The notes beneath the pieces are model-generated. The model was not told the DNA's origin, did not search any database, and saw only the letters and a program-made list of their open reading frames with translations. Of a stretch of DNA of 64,000 nt, positions 37,220-47,837 are shown piece by piece. The stretch is taken from assembly GCA_048940445.1 (NCBI GenBank), contig JBHLON010000010.1, forward strand, positions 139-64,138, given 5' to 3'. This stretch comes from Promethearchaeota archaeon (GTDB taxonomy: Archaea > Asgardarchaeota > Lokiarchaeia > Sigyniarchaeales > SOKP01). Position numbers and translations under genes: made by a program. How positions within the stretch are numbered: the stretch's first letter is position 1; the number at the start of each line of letters is the position of its first letter.

Positions 37220-38464
37220 TTATTCAGATAAAATCTGATTAATGTCAAAATCTTCCTTTAATATTTCAGTCTTGTATTTACTTATATTTGATTTATTAAA
37301 AATTGCTTTCTTAATTAGTGGTTTTAATTCTTTCTTATTAATATTTTTTCCCAGAATTAATGCCCCAACTAAGCTATCATCATCAAGTACAAACTTCCTG
37401 CAAAAATTATTTTGAAATGAAACCCATGAAATTTCATCAAAACTCTTTTTAGAATGAGTAATACCTGCCGCAATTGCTTGAAAATCAAAACCTTTAATTG
37501 TTTGGATGGGTATAGTTCCTTTATATTCATTAAGATTGCCAGTCATATTTTCTGCAGCAATTTTACCTTGTTTTTTAGCATTTCCCCATGTAGGGTGAAG
37601 GATAGGCTTTTGATAAAGAGGGTCTCTAATTTGGGCTACATCCCCTGCAGCAAATATATTAGGAATATTAGTTCTTAAATGCTTATCAACAATGATCCCT
37701 TTATCTACTTTAATATTTGTATCTTTTATAAATTCAATATTAGGACGTATTCCTATCGTTACTACAACTAGATCGCAAGGAATCTCCCGAGAGCTCTTTA
37801 AAGTAACTGATTCGACATTCCCATTCTTGCCATTAAATTTTACAACTTCGTCATTAAAGTAAAGATCAACTCCCCGATCAATGAATTCCCTCTCAAAAAT
37901 TCTTGAAATTTTTCGATCAAAACCAATAGGCCACAAATGTGAGCTTTTTTCAACAATTGACACTTTCAAACCTACTTTTATAAAATTCTTTACCAATTTT
38001 ATTGCTATAGAACCTCCCCCTATGATTACCACATTTTTGGCATCACAGGCGCTTTTCGCGACTTCTTTTGCATCCTTTAGCGTATATAGAGTTGATATTC
38101 CTTTAAGATTAACTCCGTTCCATGGTAAAAGTAAAGGACTTCCACCAGAGGCTATTAAAAGGAAATCGTAATTTAATATTGAATTATCATCTAATGATAG
38201 TTGATTCTTGTCTGGAATAACTTTGGTAACATGTCCATGGTAAAAATCAATCTTTAATTTTTCATACAAATCTTTACCCTTTAGAAAAAGTTCTTCTTCT
38301 GTGCAACTTTCTGATATTAAATTAATTATTTTGCTACGCTTGTAGTATGCATAATTTTCATCAGATATAAGAGTTATTTTAGCCAAAGGTTCAAGCTTTC
38401 TTAACTTTTCAGCAGCGTTTGCACCTGCTGGTCCACCACCTATAATTACATATTTTTTTGGAAT
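37220..38464 (-). CDS. FAD-dependent pyridine nucleotide-disulfide oxidoreductase (Nox/CoADR-like)
   Basis: Second Rossmann motif VVIIGGGSIAIKLV and AAGDVAQ. The first Rossmann motif, KKYVIIGGGPAGANAAEKL, is encoded in-frame upstream of the track start (TTG 38386). I extended the gene to the ATT at 38464, which follows GGAGTGGT. Confidence 0.75.
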   Translation of the reverse strand: MPKKYVIIGGGPAGANAAEKLRKLEPLAKITLISDENYAYYKRSKIINLISESCTEEELFLKGKDLYEKLKIDFYHGHVTKVIPDKNQLSLDDNSILNYDFLLIASGGSPLLLPWNGVNLKGISTLYTLKDAKEVAKSACDAKNVVIIGGGSIAIKLVKNFIKVGLKVSIVEKSSHLWPIGFDRKISRIFEREFIDRGVDLYFNDEVVKFNGKNGNVESVTLKSSREIPCDLVVVTIGIRPNIEFIKDTNIKVDKGIIVDKHLRTNIPNIFAAGDVAQIRDPLYQKPILHPTWGNAKKQGKIAAENMTGNLNEYKGTIPIQTIKGFDFQAIAAGITHSKKSFDEISWVSFQNNFCRKFVLDDDSLVGALILGKNINKKELKPLIKKAIFNKSNISKYKTEILKEDFDINQILSE

Positions 38465-38704
38465 AGAAATACCACTCCAGTTAATTATAAATTATTTTTT
38501 TCGGAATTTTTAATTTAAGATCTAATCTTATTAATAGACCAGAATAAATAGGAAATTTAATTCTAAGGCTTAAGGATTATAAATATTGTGTGAACACTAT
38601 ATTTTGAAGTAAATCCAAAAGGTATAAAGAGATAATAAAATATAAATTGAAAAAAACTAAAATTCAAAAAAGCTACTAAATTTTAAATTTTTATTTTTAA
38701 GTAA

Positions 38705-39445
38705 TTAGATTTCTCCATTTAGAAATTTCCTTACAAATTGTAGCACAAATTTTGTTATCATTTCAGTAGTTATATCGACTCGTGATATTAGTGACCGCCT
38801 TAATTCAATTTGATCCAGTAACCCAAATAAAGTCATTATAATTATAAAATTGAGGTGATGAATATTTTTTGGAGATTTAATAGATCCATCTTTCTTTCCT
38901 AGTTCAATGGCATCGAGCCATATTTGTCTGTATTTAATATATTGCTTTAACAGATCATAATATATTTTATATTGTGTTCCAGATACAGATTTAAATTGAA
39001 AATTCTTTTTTTCAATTAGATTAGTATAAAAAATATTTTCAATTGGTATGTTTAATTCTTTACTTCTATCAAAAAATCTCCTTAGCAAATTAATATAAAT
39101 TGGGAATTCTAAAAGATCCTTAACTAGATTTTCAGTTAAGAATAATATTTTATGTTCACCAGAAAATTTAGCAGAATCTACATGCTTAAACCGTTTAATC
39201 CATTCCTTAATTTTTAATAATCCGATATTTAAATAAATTTCTTCCTTAGTATCGAAATAATTGTATAAAGTAGCTCTACTAAGCGCTGCTGAATCAGCGA
39301 TATCATCCATTGTATTCATATCAAAACTTTTTTTTGAAAATAATTCTTTTGCGGCATCCAGAATGATATTTTTAGTTCTTAAAATTTTTCGTTCTTTTTT
39401 AGATAAATCTTCTTTATTTTTTTCTCTTATCTTATAATTTTTCAT
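38705..39445 (-). CDS. TetR/AcrR family transcriptional regulator
   Basis: ILDAAKELFSKKSFDMNTMDDIADSAALSRATLYNYFDTKEEIY. Confidence 0.8.
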   Translation of the reverse strand: MKNYKIREKNKEDLSKKERKILRTKNIILDAAKELFSKKSFDMNTMDDIADSAALSRATLYNYFDTKEEIYLNIGLLKIKEWIKRFKHVDSAKFSGEHKILFLTENLVKDLLEFPIYINLLRRFFDRSKELNIPIENIFYTNLIEKKNFQFKSVSGTQYKIYYDLLKQYIKYRQIWLDAIELGKKDGSIKSPKNIHHLNFIIIMTLFGLLDQIELRRSLISRVDITTEMITKFVLQFVRKFLNGEI

Positions 39446-39655
39446 TATTAGAAAGATATACTTGACGTCTAATAAATATATTGTGAATCTAAAAATTTAA
39501 TAAGAACCAAAAATTTTTAAAATTAGACTTAGGATTTAAAAAAAAGACTTCCAATCTATTTTTTATCTTAATGTAAATTAACTAAAAATTGCAACTAATT
39601 GAGTAATTTCACGATTTTGAACAATATTCAATATAATATCATCGAAAAATTAACC

Positions 39656-40039
39656 ATGGAAAAAAAGAAAATTAAGATCTTCATAATTGAAGATGAACAG
39701 ACAATTTTAGATTTGTATTCAAAATTTTTTTCTCTTAAAGGATTTGATGTAGTGGGTACTGCAAAAAATGGAATAGAAGCTTTAAAACAGCTAAAAAATT
39801 CGACTCTCAGACCAGATATTTTCCTGATAGATTATCATATGCCATATCTAAATGGAATTGAGATTTCAAAACTCATTTTAAATATCGATAGCTCTTTTAA
39901 AATTATAATGATGAGTGGAAATACTTCCATTAAGAAAAAAGCACTCTCAATTGGTATTTTAGATTTTTTTGATAAGTCTCTTGATCTTACTAAATTATAT
40001 ATCAAAGTTAAAGAAATCTTTGACTTAAGTAAGAACTAA
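39656..40039 (+). CDS. stand-alone response-regulator receiver domain protein
   Basis: IIEDE, phosphoacceptor context FLIDYHMP, MMSGN and FFDKS. I chose the ATG at 39656 over the track TTG at 39599. Confidence 0.8.
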   Translation: MEKKKIKIFIIEDEQTILDLYSKFFSLKGFDVVGTAKNGIEALKQLKNSTLRPDIFLIDYHMPYLNGIEISKLILNIDSSFKIIMMSGNTSIKKKALSIGILDFFDKSLDLTKLYIKVKEIFDLSKN

Positions 40040-40156
40040 ATACTTATTGATCTAATTCCAAAATCATAAATACATTATAATCTACTTTAATAGGATCATT
40101 TATTTCTATAATGACTAAACTTTTTAATCATACAAAAAGATTATACTAAATTAACA

Positions 40157-41008
40157 ATGGTGAATCACGTTAATAATATGAAAGGAAAAGTTTGTATAAT
40201 TACTGGGGCAAATTCTGGAATAGGGAAAGCCACTGCTATTGGGTTAGCAAAAATGGGGGCTACCATAGTAATGGTTTGTCGTAATAAAGAACGTGGAGAA
40301 CGAGCTCAAAAGGAGATTATTCAATCCATAGGGAATAGGAATGTAGATCTGTTATTATGCGACTTATCGTCTCAAGATCAAATTCGCAATCTTGTTAATG
40401 ATTTTAAGCAAAATTATCAAAAATTGCATGTGTTAATCAATAATGCCGGATTAATGTTGTCCAAACGCCAATTATCCGTTGATGGGATAGAAATGAATTT
40501 TGCAGTTAATTATCTCGCTCCTTTTTTACTAACAAATTTACTGCTTGATATGCTAAAAATGAGCGCTCCAAGTAGAATAATTAATATGAGTTCAGGTTAT
40601 CATAAAAGAGCAGCTCTAGATTTTAATGATCTTCAAGGTGAAAATAAAAAATATGGTCTCGTTAAAGCATATGGTATCTCAAAATTAGCCTTAACGATGT
40701 TTACTTATGAACTTAGCAGAAGATTAGAAGGAACAGGAGTAACCGTGAATGCAGTTCATCCTGGTGTAGTAAATACAAATCTGGGGCGCGATCAATCAAA
40801 ATTTTCTCAAGCCATTGCCACAGTTTTTTTTAAAAAGCCAAGTAAGGGCGCAGAAACCTCAATATATCTTGCTTCCTCACGTGAGGTTGAAGGTGTAACT
40901 GGAAAATATTTTGTGAATAAACAGCCTAAAGAATCTTCGGAAGCGTCCTACAACAAGGATTATGCTAAAAAGTTATGGGAAATGAGTGTTAAAATGACAA
41001 ATTTATGA
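40157..41008 (+). CDS. short-chain dehydrogenase/reductase (paralog of 27690-28505)
   Basis: TGANSGIG, NNAG and YGISK. Confidence 0.85.
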   Translation: MVNHVNNMKGKVCIITGANSGIGKATAIGLAKMGATIVMVCRNKERGERAQKEIIQSIGNRNVDLLLCDLSSQDQIRNLVNDFKQNYQKLHVLINNAGLMLSKRQLSVDGIEMNFAVNYLAPFLLTNLLLDMLKMSAPSRIINMSSGYHKRAALDFNDLQGENKKYGLVKAYGISKLALTMFTYELSRRLEGTGVTVNAVHPGVVNTNLGRDQSKFSQAIATVFFKKPSKGAETSIYLASSREVEGVTGKYFVNKQPKESSEASYNKDYAKKLWEMSVKMTNL

Positions 41009-41191
41009 ACCTGGGGTTTTTATTTAATTATAATTATAATTTGGATCTTCTTTCCAAAAGAAAATTATAAACAACATTTCAGAGAATTAAGTAAAGAAAT
41101 AAAGAATATTGGAAAAAAAAAGCAATTATTTTTATTTCTAATAAGATAAGACATCATATTGTAATGATTTTGAAAAATAGGATTAAATATT

Positions 41192-41668
41192 ATGCCTTAT
41201 ACTGAAATCCCTTACAATAAAAAAATGGATAATCCGATTCAACAATATACCAGAGTAGGATCGAGCACTATTCATGGCTTAGGATTATTTGCCAAGAAAT
41301 TAATACCAAAAGGAACAATTTGGTGGCATGCACGCCCTCAGGACGTCTTTATTATTTCCAAAAAGCAGTTTTTAACACTAGATACATCTCAAAAGTCATT
41401 GAAAATGGATGACTATATAAAAACATTGCTTACCTACTCTTATTATGAAAGAGAACTTGATGCTTTAATTTTTTGTTTGGATAATTCTCGTTATGTTAAT
41501 CATTCCTTTAATGCGAACTCTGGTGCTTCTGAAGACGAAAATGGATTCTGTTCCGTTTCTCTAAAAGATATTCAAGAAGGAGAAGAAATCACTGAAGATT
41601 ATACAAAATATACGATTTGTCCTTGGATACAAAAATATAAAAAGTATTTTGATCCTTGTTGTTGGTAA
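41192..41668 (+). CDS. SET-domain protein (putative lysine methyltransferase)
   Basis: GLGLFAKKLIPKGT, RYVNHSFNAN and EGEEITEDY, with C-terminal Cys residues (CPW..CCW). Confidence 0.75.
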   Translation: MPYTEIPYNKKMDNPIQQYTRVGSSTIHGLGLFAKKLIPKGTIWWHARPQDVFIISKKQFLTLDTSQKSLKMDDYIKTLLTYSYYERELDALIFCLDNSRYVNHSFNANSGASEDENGFCSVSLKDIQEGEEITEDYTKYTICPWIQKYKKYFDPCCW

Positions 41669-41694
41669 GAAAGCTCGAAATAAAAAATTCAAAT

Positions 41695-42849
41695 CTATTT
41701 AATTAATGTGTTTATCCCATAACGAGCAGCTGTCTTTTTCGTGATTTTAGATATATCTGCAAGTTCCTGTTTAGAAAAATCTGGCTTATAATATGTAGGC
41801 GTGTGCAAGTGACTAATATAGTATCTTTTTACTTTTTCAAACTTTTCACTAGATAGTTTAGTATGTTCAAGTATTTTATCTATGATTTTTGCGGGACTTG
41901 CACAAAGTTCATCATAATTAACCACTAATGTGGCTTCTCTAAATTTTTTATTCGCTTCAAGATTATCTGCAAGATATTCATAAATAGAATTCCAGTAATA
42001 CGCCCAACCTTTTACATAGGTTTTTTTGTTTGTCCACAACTTATGAATTTTATGGATAAGTTCTGTATTATCTAAATTTATACAAATTTGATGATAACCA
42101 AACTCATAGTGTCCGACTAACCTAAGCCAATCCTGTATTAAAGGTGCTTTACGTTCAATTTTCATAAATAACTTTGTTTGTTTGATCAATGAAGCAATTT
42201 GATTAACAGGATTTCTAACGATTAATAAAAATCTCACCTTTGGAAAAAGTTTAAGTAAATAATCGAACCTTGAAACGTGATAATTATTTTTGGCTACATA
42301 ACGAGGTCTATTTTGGTCTATTAAAATTTTCCGAATATGATTTTTATAAAAAGTTTCAAATTTAGGATTAGAGGTTTTCCTATCAAGAATATTTGATGTA
42401 TTCTCGTTGTGAAGATTATTAAAAAATTTTTGCCAAAATATTTCTTCCACAGCCTCCGGACTATCATGAGTAATTAATATCCCATCCATATGTATTCGTT
42501 CAAAAGGTCTTGTATAAATGTTTAAACTTTCTATAAGTAAACTAATCCAATGAGGAAGATAAGGCATAAGAAGGTGTTTATACCTATGAGAGCTTAAATC
42601 TGGATGTTTACTTAACATTTCCAAAGTGATAGTAGTTCCAGCACGAGCAAGACCTGTGATATAAATAGGTCTTTCGATAATAACATTCTCCAGATCTATT
42701 CTTAAATACATAGATTCAAATTTATCGAGTAAAAATGAAAAAGATTGAAAGGAATCGAAAAATTTAGTCACACCATACCCGATATATCCAAGAAGGGGAA
42801 ACTTAAATGAATCATTGTTTTTTGATTTCATTTTAATTCTAAGCATCAT
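41695..42849 (-). CDS. sulfotransferase-family protein
   Basis: 5'-PSB-like loop GLARAGTTITLEML and 3'-PB-like LLIVRNPVNQIAS. Confidence 0.65.
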   Translation of the reverse strand: MMLRIKMKSKNNDSFKFPLLGYIGYGVTKFFDSFQSFSFLLDKFESMYLRIDLENVIIERPIYITGLARAGTTITLEMLSKHPDLSSHRYKHLLMPYLPHWISLLIESLNIYTRPFERIHMDGILITHDSPEAVEEIFWQKFFNNLHNENTSNILDRKTSNPKFETFYKNHIRKILIDQNRPRYVAKNNYHVSRFDYLLKLFPKVRFLLIVRNPVNQIASLIKQTKLFMKIERKAPLIQDWLRLVGHYEFGYHQICINLDNTELIHKIHKLWTNKKTYVKGWAYYWNSIYEYLADNLEANKKFREATLVVNYDELCASPAKIIDKILEHTKLSSEKFEKVKRYYISHLHTPTYYKPDFSKQELADISKITKKTAARYGINTLIK

Positions 42850-43006
42850 ATATCCCCGTAATCAAATGAAAGAGCTATCTTTATTTATTTAACATTTTAT
42901 TTTAGCTTATTTATATTAGCTTATCAATTTCAAAATATCCATTAAAAGATCTAATTTTATAATCTAGGGAGAATCATTATATTTATTAAAAAAATAATGA
43001 TCGAAA

Positions 43007-43885
43007 ATGTCTGAAATAAAATCTAAATCTTGGCTAAAAAATCTCTTCATCCTGTTAATTTTTATTGGAATAATAATTGTAACTGCTGAAGTAGATTGGG
43101 TAGCTGAACATTCTGATGTAGGATTAACTGTACGCCTTATATGGTTGATTTTATTATTAAGTTTAGGTTTAATCCTTCCAATTACATTCATGTACCTTGC
43201 AGGTAATAGAGATGTTGAAAGAAACAATAGAGCCAAAAAATGGTTCATTATTGCTATAATTCTATTTTTAATAGCTAATGGAATACCTATTATATTCTAT
43301 GTAGTAATAGGGATTTCACCTGGATTTTTTTTATATCTGCAGCTAGTATTATTTGGTTTGATACCAGCTTTTTTTCTACAACCAGAATCGATTAAAATGC
43401 GAATTCTGATCTTGATTATTCTTTTTACGTTCATAATTATTCCTATTGGAATTCTTGTCAATTTTACAATTGATGATATTTGGATAAAATTAGGATTAGG
43501 CTTTACTTCTTCTGAAATTGATAAAACGATGTATTACTTAACATTCTGGGGATTATTAATGACTTTTTTCTATCTCATAATAGCGATTGGCTGGAAACTA
43601 GGTGGTGGTTCAAAGCGACAAAGCTGGAATATATTTGTAGCAGGAACACTCTTACAATTTAGTACTTTAGAAGACTTTCTTTATTACTTTTTAAATGGAC
43701 AACCTCTTCCTGGACCACCTGATTACTGGTCCTGGATGGAAAATTTTGTCATTAATTTGAAGGCTTTATTTGGACATAACCCTACAAGTTTAGATCTACT
43801 TATATTTTGCATAATTATTTCCGCGATTGCCATTTTGATTTTATTTGATATCCATGGTTATATCTGGAAGAAAATAAAAAAATAA
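43007..43885 (+). CDS. multi-pass membrane protein
   Basis: 292 aa with about 8 hydrophobic helices. I recognise no family. Confidence 0.5.
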   Translation: MSEIKSKSWLKNLFILLIFIGIIIVTAEVDWVAEHSDVGLTVRLIWLILLLSLGLILPITFMYLAGNRDVERNNRAKKWFIIAIILFLIANGIPIIFYVVIGISPGFFLYLQLVLFGLIPAFFLQPESIKMRILILIILFTFIIIPIGILVNFTIDDIWIKLGLGFTSSEIDKTMYYLTFWGLLMTFFYLIIAIGWKLGGGSKRQSWNIFVAGTLLQFSTLEDFLYYFLNGQPLPGPPDYWSWMENFVINLKALFGHNPTSLDLLIFCIIISAIAILILFDIHGYIWKKIKK

Positions 43886-43958
43886 TCCCTTCTAATTTTT
43901 CACTTTTTTTTGTTAAGTGTAAATTTTTTAAGTTTACTTCTCTCCTATTATTTAAATT

Positions 43959-44888
43959 ATGAGCAAAGAATCTAAAATCATCGAAGAATTTCATAAGGGA
44001 TTAAGTGCTATTGATTGCAAAGGGAAGGTTGTTTCTGGAATTCATATTGCTGATATTAATGAGGAGATTCAAAGTCATAAAAACAAACAACTTATCAATT
44101 TAAAATTTTATGAAGAATATAGAAATTATTTTGAAATTAAGCCTAATGTGAAGTTTCCTAAGATTAATTCCATTTTTATAATAGCATATCCAGACCCTTC
44201 AACTAAAGTTATTTTTCAATACAAAGAGAAAGAACTTTCTTTGCTTATTCCTCCCCAATATTTGCAAGGTCAAAAAATAATTGATAGATTACAGGAATTT
44301 CTAATCTCTATCTTGTCTCTAGAAGGTTATAATGTAGAATATGCAAGGATACCTATGAAGACTCTATCAGCTCATAGTGGTTTGACTCAATATGGGAAGA
44401 ACAACATTACATACATTAATGGCATAGGAAGTTTTTATCGTCTTGCTGCATATTATTCTGATTTTCCAATAGAACAGGATAGTTGGGGTGAGCATAAGAT
44501 GATGGATCTATGTAAAAATTGTTCAGCTTGCGTTCGTAATTGCCCAACTGGTGCGATTCCAACAGACAGATTTCTCCTACGTGCAGAAAAATGTCTTACT
44601 TATCATAATGAACATCCTCCTGAAATCCCCTTTCCAAACTGGATTGATCCTAGCTGGCATAATTGTTTAGTTGGGTGCCTCCATTGCCAAAGAGTATGTC
44701 CTGCAAATAAAAAAGTAGTTAATTGGATTAGAATTGGTCCTAAATTTTCTGAGGAAGAAACCAAATTAATCCTTCAGGGAAAGAAATTGGATCAACTTCC
44801 TGAACCAACAATAAAAAAATTAAAGAGTTATGATCTAAAAGAATATTTAGAATTGTTTCCTCGAAATTTAGGGGTTTATCTTCATTAA
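43959..44888 (+). CDS. epoxyqueuosine reductase (QueG)-like 4Fe-4S protein
   Basis: CKNCSACVRNCPTGAI, CLTYHNE and GCLHCQRVCPANK fit the QueG/reductive-dehalogenase ferredoxin pattern. Confidence 0.6.
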   Translation: MSKESKIIEEFHKGLSAIDCKGKVVSGIHIADINEEIQSHKNKQLINLKFYEEYRNYFEIKPNVKFPKINSIFIIAYPDPSTKVIFQYKEKELSLLIPPQYLQGQKIIDRLQEFLISILSLEGYNVEYARIPMKTLSAHSGLTQYGKNNITYINGIGSFYRLAAYYSDFPIEQDSWGEHKMMDLCKNCSACVRNCPTGAIPTDRFLLRAEKCLTYHNEHPPEIPFPNWIDPSWHNCLVGCLHCQRVCPANKKVVNWIRIGPKFSEEETKLILQGKKLDQLPEPTIKKLKSYDLKEYLELFPRNLGVYLH

Positions 44889-45022
44889 TTCTTATTTTAA
44901 TTTAGTCTCAAAACTAAAATAGGTTCATTATTGGATAAAATAGTTCTCTTTTATGTAAAAAAATCATTGAATTTTTAAAATCAGATCTAGAAAGAAGATC
45001 AAGAAAAATTACTTATAAAAAG

Positions 45023-45856
45023 ATGTATATGTGGTCTCAATACGTTAGGTTTAGAAACTTTAAGATTTCCATTTTAAGCATCTCTCTTCTCTTATTAGGA
45101 ATCTTTTCGGGATTATACTGGCTTTTTTGGGATATAATTTCTTATGTAGTTGTTGTAAATGATCTGCTCTTAGGTATTTTAATTTATCCTATAAAGATTT
45201 TAATCTTAGCAATGATGAGTCTCTTTTTATATAGAAAATGGTTTAGGCAAGAAGCAATTTACATAACAGATGCCTATTTTTGCTTTGGGACATTTTTCGG
45301 AATTTGGGTATTTGGTAAAATATTCGATGTACTTCTAAATTTACTCTGGTTAAGCGGAACGTATGACAATCTGAGATTATTTTTAATGAAAATTCGATAC
45401 ACAGTCATCGTAATCAATATTTTACCAATTCTCTATATAGGATTAGAAGCATTATTGGTGTTCATAGAATTAAGATCCAAAACCAAGGAATCTAAATCGG
45501 AGGCAAACAAAATTAGATATTCTTTTATGGGAGGTTATGTTTTCATTTTACTAATTTTGATATGGTTTGCAAACAATGTTAACTTACTAGTTAATTTACT
45601 TCCTATAGCAACCTTTATTATCTATCTGCTCTTGATGATAATGTTTTTCTTTATGTATCGCAATAAGAGATTGTCTCAAGCTAATTCGTTGATAATAGGA
45701 ATAGCATTTCTGCTTTTAATTCTTTCAAATATCATCCGAGCTATTTTTACAGCATCATATGAATCATGGAGTATTATCCTTTCTGAAGTAATAGATACAA
45801 TAATAATTGGGGTTCTCTTTACAGGATTTATCACAAAACCAAAATATGCGAAATAA
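45023..45856 (+). CDS. multi-pass membrane protein
   Basis: 277 aa with about 7 hydrophobic helices. I recognise no family. Confidence 0.5.
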   Translation: MYMWSQYVRFRNFKISILSISLLLLGIFSGLYWLFWDIISYVVVVNDLLLGILIYPIKILILAMMSLFLYRKWFRQEAIYITDAYFCFGTFFGIWVFGKIFDVLLNLLWLSGTYDNLRLFLMKIRYTVIVINILPILYIGLEALLVFIELRSKTKESKSEANKIRYSFMGGYVFILLILIWFANNVNLLVNLLPIATFIIYLLLMIMFFFMYRNKRLSQANSLIIGIAFLLLILSNIIRAIFTASYESWSIILSEVIDTIIIGVLFTGFITKPKYAK

Positions 45857-45983
45857 AAACATAATTTCTTTATTTTATTTATTTTTTAATTTTTTAAAAT
45901 AATTCCACTTAAATTTTTTAATAAAGAATATGTAAGTTAATTGTAATAATATAATAATTTTCGCTTTAAGTGAGAACTTTATT

Positions 45984-47219
45984 ATGAGTAAGGATTTAAA
46001 AGATTTGATTGATAAGGCTGAAGAAGATCAACAAAGTAAAGCATATTTAGAAAAGACCATCGAGAAATTACAGCTTGAAGTTGATAAGTTAAAAAGCAAA
46101 TTAGATAACGAAAAAATTACATTTAAACCTACGCCTATTAAGCATACTGATGATCTAAGTGACACTCAAGAAATCTTGGAATTAAAGGATATCGTTTTAT
46201 CCCTTAGCAATAAATTAGAAAATAAGGAGCAAGAAAAAGAGATTTTACAAACTAAAGTTAAAGATTTAACAATAGAGTTAGAAGAAGTACAAAAAAAATT
46301 GTTGGATCCATTAAAAGATGAAATGTTTTCTAGAACACAAAATTCATTAAATACACTAATTCAGGATTATGGGCGATTGGAACAAGAAAATAAAAATTTA
46401 AAGAATAAAGTGTTTGAATTATCAAAAGAAATTGAAATTGCAGACGAGACCGTAACATCATACAAGTCTGAAAGTACAATAAATAAACAATTGAATAATG
46501 AAATCGCAACCCTAAGGCAGACTATTTCCAACCTAGAGAGAGCAAATAATTCTCTCTCAACAAATTTGAATTTAATTAAAACTAAACAAGTTTCTGCTGA
46601 AGAACTAGATAGACTTGTTGAATCTCTAAAAAGAAATAATTTACAATTAAAAGAAGAAAATCTAATGCTTAATGAAAAATTAGAAGTTTTAAAGCGAGAA
46701 AAGATTAAAATTGTAAAACTAGAATCTCAAATTGCAAACTTAAATGAAAAGATTGAAGATTTAGAACAAAAAAATAAAGTACTTCGTGAAAAAGACACAA
46801 TTTTATTAGCGAAAACAATAACAGCGCTTCAACCCCATGATAAAAAGGAAATTTCAAAGCCTGAATCTAGCATTTTTAATTTAAAAGGATGGTCAAGCGA
46901 ATCAATTATCGAGGAAGAGAAAAAAACGATCGCCAAGGTCAAAGAATTGTCAACCAATATTACTAATAATGTAATTAAGCCTTATATTTCTGATCCAATA
47001 GTAGAATCGAGAAAATTAACAGAAGAAAAAGCATCAGAAAATGAAAATCTCGAAGAAGAAGATGAGGATATAATACGAAAATGGCAATGCCCTAGATGTG
47101 CAAATTCCAATAAAGCATATATAAGAGAAATAGATGATAAAACACGATTAATTTATGCTTATCCAAAGATATATGCAAAAAAATATAAATGCGGTCAATG
47201 TGGAGCAGAATGGAAATAA
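45984..47219 (+). CDS. long coiled-coil protein with C-terminal zinc ribbon
   Basis: 411 aa. The first ~290 aa are heptad-rich. The C-terminus is WQCPRCANSNKAYIREIDDKTRLIYAYPKIYAKKYKCGQCGAEW. Confidence 0.6.
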   Translation: MSKDLKDLIDKAEEDQQSKAYLEKTIEKLQLEVDKLKSKLDNEKITFKPTPIKHTDDLSDTQEILELKDIVLSLSNKLENKEQEKEILQTKVKDLTIELEEVQKKLLDPLKDEMFSRTQNSLNTLIQDYGRLEQENKNLKNKVFELSKEIEIADETVTSYKSESTINKQLNNEIATLRQTISNLERANNSLSTNLNLIKTKQVSAEELDRLVESLKRNNLQLKEENLMLNEKLEVLKREKIKIVKLESQIANLNEKIEDLEQKNKVLREKDTILLAKTITALQPHDKKEISKPESSIFNLKGWSSESIIEEEKKTIAKVKELSTNITNNVIKPYISDPIVESRKLTEEKASENENLEEEDEDIIRKWQCPRCANSNKAYIREIDDKTRLIYAYPKIYAKKYKCGQCGAEWK

Positions 47220-47281
47220 TTGACAGATATTTGTCTACAAATATATATTATATAAAATAAAGAAATAATTACTTTAGGTAA

Positions 47282-47686
47282 TTATCGTTTTTCTTCTCTC
47301 GAATAAAAGATAACATCAATTACTGCTATTACAATGATTATGATATTATCTATCCAATGATACATTAGATTTACTGGTGAACGAGGTAGATATAATGCAG
47401 TAGTGATGTTAATCACAAAAGTAACAAAAAGAAAGCAGATAGCAAAAAGAAACAGCAATTTAAAATAGGACCAATCTCCTTTCACTAATCCAAATATAGC
47501 AACTATTCCAAGCGTCATGCATACACCTCCCCAAAGTCGCCAGAAATGGGGATCAAAATTGGGTGCTTCATTTATAGCATAAATTATTTCTGGTAAAAAG
47601 AGGTACATAATCCCATAGATTAAAGCGACTATAATATTTATCACTAATAAAATTTTCAATTCTTTTGACATTTCTGCCATAGGCAA
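47282..47686 (-). CDS. small four-TM membrane protein
   Basis: 134 aa, hydrophobic helices only. Confidence 0.5.
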   Translation of the reverse strand: MPMAEMSKELKILLVINIIVALIYGIMYLFLPEIIYAINEAPNFDPHFWRLWGGVCMTLGIVAIFGLVKGDWSYFKLLFLFAICFLFVTFVINITTALYLPRSPVNLMYHWIDNIIIIVIAVIDVIFYSREEKR

Positions 47687-47837
47687 ACATCTTATTTTAT
47701 ATTTTCAGTTGAAAAATTAAATATGAATAGGAAGAGCAACCATAAAAGGTTTTACATAAGTGTAAGTTCTTAATTAAGTTAGTGTTTAAATCATAATAAA
47801 AGTTATATACTGTATTTAGATTAAAAAAAGATTAAAC

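Noticed and set aside
41005-41070. 21-codon ORF overlapping the SDR stop codon in an ATGA arrangement
   Set aside because: ATGA overlaps arise easily by chance in AT-rich DNA. The peptide (MNLGFLFNYNYNLDLLSKRKL) has no features, and I cannot assess conservation.
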